A stretch of DNA of 64,000 nucleotides from Fimbriosthenelais zetlandica (taxonomy: Eukaryota), in assembly GCA_977030845.1 (NCBI GenBank), contig OZ365112.1, forward strand, positions 14,384,001 to 14,448,000, written 5' to 3'. The notes under the pieces were generated by a model. The model was not told the DNA's origin and did not search any database. It saw only the letters and a program-made list of their open reading frames with translations. Each line of letters begins with the position of its first letter. Within the stretch, counting starts at the first letter, position 1. Of this stretch, positions 46,461 through 59,410 are shown one piece after another. The translations under genes and the position numbers were made by a program.

Positions 46461-48198
46461 CGTGTGGTTATGTCGCACCTGTCGAAGGATGAAATGACTT
46501 AACGATGTTAGGGATGTCAGGGTTCCTTCTAAAATATGTATGTGCTGCTGAGAGTCTCTGTTCCATGTATAATTCAGATAATGTGCCCACTAAACCAATA
46601 TTAGGCCTAATATCAATTTGAATTGATCTCTACATTTTGAGAGAATGAGAGTTTTTGGAGGTAGGCTATTTTTTTTTAGCATCGTTAGTAATCTCATTTC
46701 TTCATTTATATGTGGGTGAAGAACACAAGGGAAGGAAATATAATCGATAGTCATTTCATGCTTATGACCTCAGGTGATACTGACGAAGGTGAGTGGGGAA
46801 GACGGCCCTGAAAATTAGTATAGCAAACAGCCGGGGGCAACATAAAACACGTCTACACCAGTACAGATGGTGAGAGGCAGCAGCCAGCCCCAGGGAGGAA
46901 GGCTGCCTTTGTTGTAAACCAAACTAGCGGGCCCTCAAACAATTGTCATGCCCCAGATTTTTAATTGTCAGTTGTTGAACTGTGCTTAATGAATTTAGGA
47001 GACTTGTCGCGAGTTATCAGAGAGCCCTACTTTCACAGGGATGGTATGTTGTACCATCTGAGAAATACCTTTAACGCCTAAATGAAAACAAAATGTGGCA
47101 ATTTGTCAAAATTTGGTAGGAATTTGCGAGGCAATACATAATGGTATTCTTAGAAAAGATGCCATAGCCATCGTTATTCGAGGAATGCATTGCTGTCTGG
47201 GCGTTGGACAGACCATGATATGTTTCCTCATTGATATAGCTCATATTACTAAATGTCTAATGTCTAATAGGCCCCTTTTAGAAAGACAGCCGAACTAATG
47301 ATAATTAAATGCTGAGTAGACTTTGACTAATAATAGTCATTTTCTAGCTGAAGATGTATATAGAAAAGTTATGCGTGTCCATAACTGATGCCTCGAACTT
47401 GTCTATATCGTTAAGACATCCCTTTTAAACTGTTGTGATTGATTTTATAACATATTTTGATGGTCACAATGTAAAGTAAGATATAGTGAAGTACCTAGTG
47501 CACAGCTGAACATTACGGGCGAGGAAGGTGACATTCTGGCTTAAAATATTCTGTAATTGTTGGCATGCTTGTATGGAGTTGGCAAGCGTTGAGGACCCAA
47601 CCACTGGATGACATCCAGCGAACCTGTCTAACATAGCTTTGGTCTCGCTCGCTCCATCCCCATTGCTTGTGTTTCTGCCTTGATGACCGTTTTAATTGTG
47701 CACTACTCGCTGGTGCATGCTAAGACCCCCCAGCTAAAGGTAGACTTTAATCATGACAAAAAATCTAACGTATGTCAAGTTGAATAACATTTCCTGCGTC
47801 AATTTGCCAATTATGACAAGAGAATGGGTCCCTTTCTGTCTGATTGCTCTGTAGCGGAAAATCGGTCCTAGCAGGTTTGTCAGTGATATCTGGATGTTAT
47901 ATGATGGTTACCACTGATGTACTTGAAACATGGTCAAATGTAAAGATGCCTTTAATGTTTTGTTTATAAATTTCCTTTTATTTCCAATTTATAAATCTTC
48001 CAACTTCGTTAATATCGTTAATATTAAGCTGATGCCATTCAAGTACATAGAACAACAGTCACCAATATTTCCTTGTGATCACAGTACGTGAAAATTCAGT
48101 CACCAGGAAAAAATATTCACTCGGGCCTTTTGTCAAGTTCAATACTTGTGGGGCAGTAAAACAGGGCGTGGCCTTCCATCAAATGCCCACCTAGCCAC

Positions 48199-48361
48199 CT
48201 GTCAATCAAATGTTTCAACTGGAAGGTCCCGCAGGGGGATCAAGGCTGTGAAATGGCCACAGCACACTTGACCGATCAACGACAAAGCAAACTCATTCAC
48301 ACAGATAGACACACCCTGCTTTAAAAAGGACCATTCCATCCCAAAGTGTTGCCATGGCAAC
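48199..48361. promoter_or_regulatory. PBX-MEIS decamer plus perfect RFX X-box
   Basis: CTGTCAATCA 48199-48208 (reverse complement of TGATTGACAG); GTTGCCATGGCAAC 48348-48361. Confidence 0.55.
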
Positions 48362-51300
48362 GGTTCTCCTGACTTGACAACCAGGTCTCTAATGTGTGTG
48401 AATTGGCACAAGGAAAGGTCCAAATCGCGGGAAATGGCGACTTTGCTAGACATCTTCATCCAGTCGTTAGTTCGTCAGCTTTTTTGGGCCCTCACAGCTC
48501 TAGCTGGTGCTGTTACTGCCATTTGACCCTTGTCGGTCGCTGACGGCTGCAGTGACATTGCTTTTCCCCCTTGGTCTGGAAAGGGCGACCCCTACCATTC
48601 CAGGTTGTCACGTGACTTTGATCCTGCATGATCCGGGACAGAAAAATGTCGGCTGCTCGTCATAGTAACATCTCCTGTAAAATACATAGGAGACATTTGC
48701 TATTCAAATTTGCTCAGTATTTTACCTTTGAAACCAGTTTCATAATCTTAGACTTCTCTACTCTGGGAAATTAACTGTGCCATATTATGTTCCATTCCCG
48801 AGATTCCATTAGTCTAACTGGTTGGCCTCAGACTTGGGACAAAAAATAATCAAAGAGGAGATGAATAGAGACCTTCCTCATTACAATGCTATGTTTATTC
48901 ATTTTGCCCCATTTTACCCATAGTCCTATATGGTGACCCTGGTCTGACCACTTATGACCTTCATGTAACTACAGGTCTGAGATAAAGCCCTACAAATGCC
49001 CTTTTCTCTGCTCCACTGCCCTTCCTAACATTAGCGACACGTGTACTGATTGCCCCATCAGCTTCCCCACCATCTCACATTCAACAGGTCACTTGCCAAT
49101 ACAAGGCCCCCTCCCATCGCCAGCCTCTCTCACAAAAGGGCTCTTGGAAGCCCTCAGTCTCCCCTAGAGATGGCCCTTCGTAAGGGCCGAGGACCACAAT
49201 TACAATCAATAATGAGTGTGGCTTTCTCTCTCTTCTCTTTGCGGGAAGAATATGTTAAAGGTGACAAAGTAATGATAGGGTAAATCTGCCGCGAGAGGCG
49301 CCTCATGCTGGGAACTCTTGACCAATCAGATGGCATCCCATTATCTCCTCCATTAGGTGATTGAATGTTAGTTGTTTCAAGAGATTCTAGTCAAACCCAG
49401 TATTGAGGTTTACTTCGAGAATTCTGAACAGGAGCCCTATTTTATACGATAGTTTTAAAACATAGTATTTATAGCTTAGTATTATAACATAGTCTCAACA
49501 CCTTTCTTCCAGCATTTGTGTCAGTAGACTTCCCTTCAACGATCGTTGACCAGTTACATAACTTAATGAATAATTCATAGACGACTTCAAAGGCTATTTC
49601 TATATATCTGGCATTTTTCTGGCATTTTTCATTTGGACAGTTATACGTCGATTATAACAAACAGTGTAAAAATACAGAAGGTCTAATTTATTCATGCTTA
49701 TCTCCAATGTCATATAAGTGTCAGCTAGTGGGCGGAGTGAGAACAATTATCAGGAATTTCTAAAGAATCCACCTTTGCAGGTCCTACTATTGAGGGCTAT
49801 AAAAACTAACCTATGGTCCGTATTGAGTGGTCAAAAGGGTCGTGGTCACTCCAATGGGAGTGACCAAAACCGGACCTAAAATCCTTTGTCTCGCTACAGG
49901 CCAGGCAAAACAGAAAGGAAAAGGGATAGAGTAGGAATGGGACGCAGTCCCAAATAGTGGAATTATTCAACTTATTGGCCTGTAAGTCCCCGGGGTGGGT
50001 GTCACAGGGGCCTGCCAAGACTTTTCATTTGCATAGACATTTGGCCTAACGGTGTCAGTCGGGCAGTACTACAGGAGAGAAAGACAGACAGGGAGTGAGG
50101 AGAGAGGAAGAGAGCTAAAGGCCCTGGTTGTCTACATGTTATGTTATAGTCACCTTTTAAACATCTCTCACTCTTATTCAGCTAGACGTCGCTGGAAGAC
50201 GGGACCTTATTTTTACCATAGATATTTATTCTATACACACCCAGCCATGTCTGTATGGTGAATGCTTGCCAATATGATCAAGGTCCAAGTCCTTTTTGTT
50301 TGAGAAACCAAGAATGAAAAAATGAGAGGAGGAGTTGGCTCCGTCTATATACATTTTAATGGAGAGCATTATTTAGACAGTGGATAGCAATGGAGAGTAA
50401 AGTTTATTTCAACTTCTGGCAGTGAGATACAATATGAAACTGTGACAATATCGGGGTTGCCATAGGAATAGCACATTGTGGATATTGGTCATTGATGCTC
50501 CAGTGAGTGCAGGACCGTGGAGGAGTGTTTATATGAAATGCTCGCGGATTAGGGACACAGAAGGAAGTGTTGAGCCGTACCCAAGTCGCAGTTCCCTGGA
50601 GGAGGGAAGAGTTGGGGATCTTGGAGGTTTTATACCTTCTTTCCTTGAGAGACAGGGCTGGAGGAGGAGTAGAGGCTGGAGGAGGAGAGGATGGAGGATC
50701 GCTTACATCTGATAGCTATACACCCCTTCCTCCAGGGCGTCTGTTATCGTGTCTGTATTAATGGCCGGGAGGGCTGGTGGTGGTAAAGTCAGGGGAAGCC
50801 CTGGAGGTGGATCATTCCTCCAGCATATTCTCCCCCTCTGTGAGAGGATACCATCAGAGCAGTTGCTACTTATTCCTCCAGTAAAACACTGGAGAAGTCT
50901 CCTTTATAGAGACCCATTACGACAATCACCCCAGTCATACAACTATTGACTAAACCCTCCGCCGCGTCGGGCAGCCATCTAGAAGTGTTTTTTTTTCTAA
51001 ATTTAAAGCAACTCTGTGGTAACTTCAGTTTTAAGTTGCTTTATAGCTGGAATATTAACTTATCAAATGATTCAAGTGGTATGGGCAAAATTATCAGCAT
51101 CACCCTCATACCCCTCTTTGATGTGTAGTGAGCCTGTGTGAACGCACAACACACACACTGCGGACGGAGAGAGGGGAGAAGGAGTAGGAGGAGAGTAGAG
51201 GAGGAGGAGGGGGGAGTCAGTCAGTCCCTCTGTACTACTACTACTCGTGACTCTCCCATCATTTACCATCAACACTTCCATCACTCCGAGTTCTCCCTCA

Positions 51301-54300
51301 TCCTGGACAGACCGTACACAACAACACACCACTCTACAAAGAGGGTACAGTCACCACACACCAAGCAACAACACATTGACTCAAATGGACTTATCTCTAC
51401 ATTGCTTGATGTGTATCAATGTGTACTTTAACAAGTGTGGCATATTGGAGAGGGTATAAGAGAGGGGAGATAGAGACTGGAGGAGTAGCAGTGGAGGAGG
51501 TAGAGGGGTGTCTATGCTCGTGCCCCATCGCGCGCCATGGACAGGTAAGCAGTGTTGATTTATGACTTGAGACGCGGGTGATTGATGATCGGGTCGGGGG
51601 TATAGACAGTGCAGGGTCCCAGAAAAGTTTTCATCTTTATCAGCCTTATAAATAACAATATTTCCTCCCGCTTCACAGCTCTATACAGACAGACCGGGCA
51701 GGTGAGGTATTGTATTGGTATGGTTTCATCTGCAATTGCCTTAAGGACCCTTAATCATGCATCGATCAACTAAGACACCCCCTGTATGGGAATGTCCCGT
51801 AGTCCTTGAAGAAATTTACCCCCATCCTGGTGCAAGAAATCATTTGATTTGATGGCACTTTTCCCTACACATACCCCGGCATATATCAATGTTTATCCAG
51901 AGAAAATTTGATGCATTCCGACAAAGCAATTATCTTGATTTGTCTATGCATTAATTTATATCACTTAATGTCTTGAACTTATAATTATATGCTCTTGATT
52001 TACTTTTCGTTTGGTGTTGATATGATATTGATAACATGCGAGATGGGATGAGGACGGAAGATTGAGAGAGAGTGAGAGATAAGAGAGAAAGAGAGGAAAG
52101 AATATTTCTTGTTTAACTCGGTGTATGCCTATATGTCAACATGACATATTGCCACTTGCCTTTTGGCTCATCATTACTTATGAAACCCTTTGCACCATAA
52201 CCATCTCCATCCTGACCACTTTAACCCTGCTTTGAAGGACTATTTGTTAAGCTAATAAATAAGGTGGTTTCATCCGGTAAAAACACTCCGTTTATGTACT
52301 CTAAAGATATGGACCCATTTATCTAGTTTTTTTTCTTACGAGTCTTCAGGACACGTATGTATTGGTGCATCCATTCAAATTGTCAATTTCTTGAATTTCT
52401 ATGTTTGAATAACTTAGGACATTTTTTTATGACGGGAAGGTTGATGCTCGAGGAGTAGTGCCTCGACCCGGGATTTGGCCTAAACGGTTGCCCGGAATTG
52501 GTAGCAGGCAACCCGTCAACATTTTACCCAAGGCAACCAAGTGTACATAAGAGGCCAGAGGGGCCCTTGGCACGGCCTCCCTTTGTGAAACAGTGGTTCA
52601 CTTGTTTCTTCTTGGTCAGGAAGTTGACATTTTGTCTAAAAATATAATGTTTGTGCCCTCCAGCGTCTCTCGGACTTCTCATAGTCTGTGACCGATATTT
52701 TGAATGACCTCTGGTCGAGTTCTCTTAAGTCGACCTTATCCCATTGTTTGCATAAGCATAGGCATACATGTTATGCTTCCCTTTACCCAATTTATTGCAA
52801 CTGCAGTACTGAATTTGTTTTCAGTTTGTTCTTGATGATCGTATACCTGTGTACAATCATGTAAACCAATTGGTCATAATACATTGGTATATCATGTGTA
52901 CTGACATTATCATAACAAAGGTCATACAAAATCGATATTAATTGTTAAGACTGGCCTCCGACTCTGTGCATCTCTGACTGTGACATTCTATCACATGTAT
53001 ACGCACTGATTATCTATCATCCATCATGATGGGTATGGCATCTGTCAAACCCCGTAAAACTTAACTCCTTAACAAATACCTAATTTCAGCTTTCATCATC
53101 CCAATGCTGCTCAAGAAGTTTAGTTTCTTATGACATACACTTTATTATATATATTTTTATCTCATACCCTATTTTTCATTCAATTTTTTTCTGTTACATT
53201 TGTCATGAAATATATGTTACTGTTGTGAACCTAGTTCCATTATACACGTATATATTTTTTAATTTGTCATAGTATAAATGCTATAGGGAGCTCCTTTCAG
53301 GTTACCTTCAAGGTAAAATCTAGATTAAATTCCACAGTATCGTGGAAAGTGTCTCAGGCGTTATACTGTAACATGAATAAAAGGGCCTGCGGCCTTTTTA
53401 GCACATTTCCTATCAAACACGTGTAAAGCAGGTTATAGAACGTAAGAGAAGGCCATAAAAATTTCAGGCGTTCCTCTATAGAGACCATTCACACCAGGGT
53501 AGCCCTCTCTCATGATTACATTCTACTGTAACACTGCTCTGACCCTTCCCTCCCACCTTTCCAGATGCCATATAACATACACTCAAACCAGATGTTAAGA
53601 CTATCTCCGCTGTAGCCACACCTTCCTGGATATAATCTCTTGCTTGTATGGTATCTACTGAAAGGATCAGGAGTTGTGGGTGTCAGTCAAGACAAGTCAG
53701 AGATCGCTTGGTGTTCAGGGTGGACGATATCCCCTCATACACCCTTAGGCCAAGGTCTGTTATTCTGGTTCATAAAATACCTTTATTTTGGCTATGAAAG
53801 ACGTTCGCTCTTTTACGTCACTCTAACTCAAAGATGGAACAGTTCATAATGTTTGGTAGGACAGGGAGGGGTCCTATATTTGAGATTTCACAATTTCTTC
53901 CAACCTTGACAGGGGCGTTTAACAGTGTATGTAAACCCCTGTAGGTGGTGGTGTTTGGTGGTCTCGAGGAGATAGTTGAGGTCCTAACAAATGGAGGAGC
54001 GGCCAGGGGTCATGCCCCCGAGCCGGCCGAGCCATGTTACAAGGTCTATTACAAATGGCCGGCCTTAAAGGCTGCCATATATACACGAGTAGTGCATTGT
54101 GTATACATTAACATGACTGGCCGAGGAGACTGTACATAAATCAACATAAAACTGGCTACCTATTCCTCCACCTCTCCCCAGGCCGTCTGTATAAATGAAT
54201 CGGCATGATATGAATTAGCTAGAGTGAATGAATTGACGTGGTAACGCCTGCCTACATTCATGTCTACATAGATTTATATAGTTAATACTGCAGCAATATC

Positions 54301-55189
54301 TATGATATATTAGTCATTGCTTGTATATCACACATCTACATGTTTCCAAATGCAAGCACATAGATTTAGTTTTCTTAGGAAATTTCATTGGAAATCCATG
54401 GATGCCAATATTTTGGATCGCATCAAGCCCAACTTAAAGATTTTTTATATTCGGTTTTGTAATTGAATATACATTATCGATGATATACATTCAGATAGTC
54501 ATGGGTCATTAACTTTTAATAAAGATAAGTTATTAAAGGAACTACGTGGTTGATAGTGACACAAAAGGTATAAATTTGCCATTGACAGGAGCGTTGGGTA
54601 ACCGGGGAGGGGGCAGAAATCAATTTTATATTCATTTGATCAAGCTTGTGAGAGCAGTAAGGTCATCTTGTCTTCAAGTAAAATAGTGGATCACTCTACT
54701 GGGACAATACAAGCCTCCCAGAATTCCCCACACGTGTTAGAAGCCACACCAAATGTGTTTTATTCATCACATTGTTCCTGAATGTTCCTTTGCACTTTTG
54801 ACCATTTTTTGTTCCGATCGTAAAGAAGGCTAAAATAAAGCATTCAAATCCAAAGACTTTGGCTGCAGTGAAGGGGGTTCGAGGTAGCAAAGGCAACATC
54901 TATTTTCATTATTTGCTGGGTGGTGCCAGCGAAAGTGGGAGACAGAGAAGCAACGACCTTAACCATATCAGGACTTCCGCTTCGAAATAAGGTCTCACAA
55001 CGACGAATGAATATACCCAAATTGACAGAGCTCCAACACACCACGCTCGTTTACTTCGCATCGAAGGGATTTCAACACAAACCCTGTCCATTTCCCCGGG
55101 CTCCAACCCTCCCCAATGCAAGCGTCATTAAGGGAATCTAGATATATTTCTGGTCATTAATAATGTATAGGATTGTTTTAGGCCCTGGC

Positions 55190-55770
55190 TTTGGGCGGGG
55201 GAGAGCGAGGCCTATTAAGCAGCGTGGGTCCTAAATTGAAACAATGGCGGTCGTGATCATCCTGCTTGTTCTATCTTTAATACCGTCTGTTTTCCGGCTT
55301 TATTGTGCTCCGCGCCTAAGCCGCGCGGCGTGATAAAACTTTGATGAACACCACTGTCTCGCCTTTCTAAACTATGTAGGCATTGGGCAGGAGGCGTAAC
55401 TAACCCCAGATAGGCTCAATTACGGTCCTTTGCAAGCCCCTCTCGGTTCGCGACACGTCGCCACTTAGAGGAATTTCGTGGTGGAATCGAAAGAAAAATT
55501 GGCAAGTAATGAGAGAGGAAAAAGTCCTCTGCAAACAAGGGGATTTAAAGCCCCCTGGGCCGCCTCGGGCCTCGGGATTTGGGTGGTGAAGTAGGGGGGA
55601 GAGAGACAAAGTGGCAGGCGCTCTGGGATCAAGTGGTAAGAGGGGGGTGGGTCTCTCTCGATCGCCAGATGTATAAATTAAATAAGAAATACAAATATAA
55701 ATAACGCGCTTGCTCCTGGGCGTCGGGCCATTTGCCTGCAGGAGGAGCAAGGAGGAGTGTGTGTGAGTAT
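55190..55770. promoter_or_regulatory. CpG-rich patch with GC box and TATA-like element
   Basis: GGGCGGGG near 55193, many CG/CGCG, TATAAATA 55696-55703. Confidence 0.3.
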
Positions 55771-58700
55771 GTAGCATAGAGGAAGCCCTCTACCTGGAGT
55801 TGTACCATGGCTTAATGGATACACTTATATCCACAATTCTCTACATTTATATCGGAAATTTCTACACATTGTTTGTGGGTCTACTTCTTTCAAATTATCA
55901 GAAATAATTAATTCGAGGTAAGTTGCCTAAAGTGGTTCTGTTCGGTGATATTTTATACTCAATGCTAAAATTAAATGCTACAGTTGCATTAATTGCAGCA
56001 TTAAACATTTGGACTGGGCCAAAAGAAATATCAAGCAACCTTAAAAAGATAATTCGAAATCCATAATAAATCTGCTAAGTCATTGTACAGCCTCCACTCA
56101 AGTTGATTGGAGCAACCTGCATATTCTCACATATCTCCGACTTAGATAAGATAAACTCTATAACTTTGATAAGATCTTACAAAGTAACACAATCCTATTT
56201 TGATGTTCCTTGCATGAAATCGACTGATTGTTGGGATAGCCTTACATTTTGACCTTTTAAATCTTAATTCATTCTCTCTCATGATCATTTCAGTGCTTTA
56301 ATGGTTTGTCATTTATAATAGACAAGAAAGGAAAGGTTTGGATGAATATGTACTTGCTGAACTCCATGTAAAACATGGTCTATGGCGCTCATCAATGGAC
56401 TATTTCACTAGGTTCTCATGCGTCACAAATTAACCCACCACTAAGGCCAGTTAAGTTTCATTTCCAGGTGGGTACATTTTACCCTCAGCCCACCCTATAC
56501 CATGACAGACAATTTGGCAGAGAATTGAAATTCAGACCTTTGTTACCTTTGTTACTTTAGACAATATAGTTGTTCAAGGAACAGAGAAATATTTAATGAG
56601 TTGTGAAATATGCTTTAACTGGACCTGAGAACCGAAGTCAAACCAGACAGGTTCTGCTGATGCAGGGAATGATTCAGTTATTCCCTTATACCGAGTTATC
56701 TGTTCTCAATTCCCCTTTCTGTTGGGACGAGCGAATGATATCTCATGCTGAGTACCTCCCAGTGGTTGTAAAAAGGTACAAAGCAATGAATCGGTTAGGG
56801 AGAACGATAACACAGTTGTTGTAATGCCTGCATGTTACATGCAGTTGAGCAACATCTCGTCTTCTGACTTTTAGACACAGTGAAAGTTATTCAGAGAAGA
56901 CAATTAGGAAGGAGATAAATTACTTCCAGATCAGTTCTTAATTTCTGACCTGAGGAATTACCCTTGTCAAGATCTTCAAGCCCACCAATCATTAATCAAA
57001 GTGTTAATTTGTTGACAGCTTATCGAGATAAACTTGAAATTGAGATCAATGATGTCACGGGAGGTGGTCTTAGAGCTAGGTTGGGGTATAGGCGGGAGGC
57101 AGGATCACCCCTGTATCAAAAACAACTTGATCGGGGAAGCGAGAAGCTGAAAAACTCTTGGAACTTCTTTCAAACAGCCAAGAAAGAGATCCGAAAGGAT
57201 CAAAAGAAATCCTTGAAAGTTGCTTCTGCACTATTTACAAGTATAAGTTGAGTGCGAGAGTGGAGAGACGGGCAAAGCATTTAGGACTACCTACTCATCC
57301 CAACTCCCCTGCTCTTTGCCATTTGATGGCTAGGCCGGCCAGTGATCGGGGCAAAGTGTCTTTGATGCTCATTTGAGAGTGAGCTTTAGCCCTTTCCTCC
57401 TCCGTCCAGTTCTGATTCACAGTCCAAATGGATCTGGCGGTGGGCAGGATCTTTTGATGTGGCACCGCCCCCCGCCCGACCAGATCCCTGTGGATCCAAG
57501 AGCCGTGCCGCTGGGATCTGCCGGCTGATTAGGTGATGGTGACGCTGATGAGACGCTCTGGTGTATGGGAGATGAGTCTGGACGGAATGACACGGGATAT
57601 CTGGATCTCAGGGCCATGAGCTAGCTACCCCCATACCCCCTCTCCACATCCCAGGCCTTATGTTAGAGAGATCTCTCTCATTCTCTACTGCTCCACGATC
57701 TCTGATCAGTTAGGGGGCTGGGAGAGCAGAGAGAGCATGTGTTGGGTGTAGAGAGAAGAGAGAGAATCGAAACGAAACATACAGAAACTGAAATATTCCT
57801 ACGGTGAATATAGCATCTAACCATCAGTCATGAAATTATCTTCAGTGCAGGTATGTCAATTAATTTTTAAATTTAATGATCTCTCAGATAAAATGGCAGG
57901 CGCCTTTTACATCGATCCTAATATCAGTGCATTAATATTATCTCTTATATTCCATTATGATATCTTTGACAATTAAGTTAACAGTTTAAATACCAAGGTT
58001 GCAGCACGCATGGATTGTTTGCTTAACATTTAAATACAGGAAGAAACAGGGATTGATTGTATACATGTTCACAACACTATAGAGTATGTACCTCACAAAA
58101 TGTATTTATACCAAGTTGGTGTGTGTCTTCATACCAAAAGGAACTCCCATGGAACGCAGGATCCCACAATCGGTTACCACCCTGCCACACAAGTTTAATC
58201 ACTGAAAGCTCTCAAAGCGAGGGTGGTGGGAAAAATCGGCCTGACTCTATATAGAAAGGTGATGAATATTCTATGGCATTTAAGTCACCCGCCTGCTTTG
58301 ACAGGTGTGGGCGATATTTTGATATCTTGGAGGCGCATGCCTAAGCACGTACGGTTTGGAAAAGGGCCCTCTAAAGATTCAATCATGTAAGTAGGCCGAG
58401 CTAAGGGGCAGATTCCCAGAGAAGCAAAGAACGCCATGTTATTATAGACAGGTTATCTGAAATGGTAGATAATTATCTTATGATCTTAAAATATACACAA
58501 ATCAAATATTGACTCGTAGAATGAACTCTATAATATGATTTGCCTTAACCTTAAATATTAACTCATTGTAACATCCTAGTTCTATGTCAAATAACACCCC
58601 GGTTGATTTTTTATGCAGTACCCATCAAAAGGTAAAACGATAGAGATTGAGACGAGTTTGTAAATGACTTAGGACACGGCGTCGGCTCATGTTCGGCAGC

Positions 58701-59359
58701 ATTCGGCAGTTTCCGTGAGGCAGTGGGCACGTTGTAGGGTCATACATCACAGCTTGTCGGGAGGCTGGTGGCAGAAGCACGTGTAGTGAGGACGGGGCAA
58801 CGTCAATATTACTAGAGCAACACATCTGTATAGGCTTCTAATTGGTCACTTGTAACTTAAACGTCCTCACAACCATACCCTGTTTGACTAAGAGAAAATA
58901 TAAATGAGGACGATTCGAAGGGTGGGAAGGTATATGTATGCAGAATGAATTTACCTTAGGTTATCATAGGTTGATGATCTAAAACATAGAGATGTTGATC
59001 AGTGATATATGATAGATTGAACGACGTCCAAAGGGCGTAATACAGCTTTAACATCCGGTGGTCGTATGCTGCAAAGATAAGATCTACTCTCACCCATCCC
59101 TTCCATATTGTTCAATTCCTTTCACAACTCGAATTATTTGGGAAGGCTAAACAGGGCCTGAATATTCTAGAGTCTGAAGAAAAAGCTTTGAGGAGCTATC
59201 TAGACATTTTCAGAGTGTATCTAGAAGACCTTGGGAAGACGGAAGTGTGGGGAATTGGATGCACTAGATTAAATTTCTGTCTTCGTGATTTGACGGCCTC
59301 ATTGTGTTATCAGCAGCCAATGGGATAACCCTGGGCAAGGTGCTGATGTGGGATTCAAT

Positions 59360-59410
59360 CCTCTCTCTCTTTCTCTCTTCTCTCTCTCTCCCTTACTCTC
59401 TCTCTTCTCT
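59360..59410. repeat. Imperfect (CT)n tract
   Basis: CCTCTCTCTCTTTCTCTCTTCTCTCTCTCTCCCTTACTCTCTCTCTTCTCT. Confidence 0.8.

Noticed and set aside
47348-47387. Hammerhead-like CTGAAGA..GAAA followed by a hairpin
   Set aside because: There is no NUH cleavage triplet in register and stem II is non-canonical.
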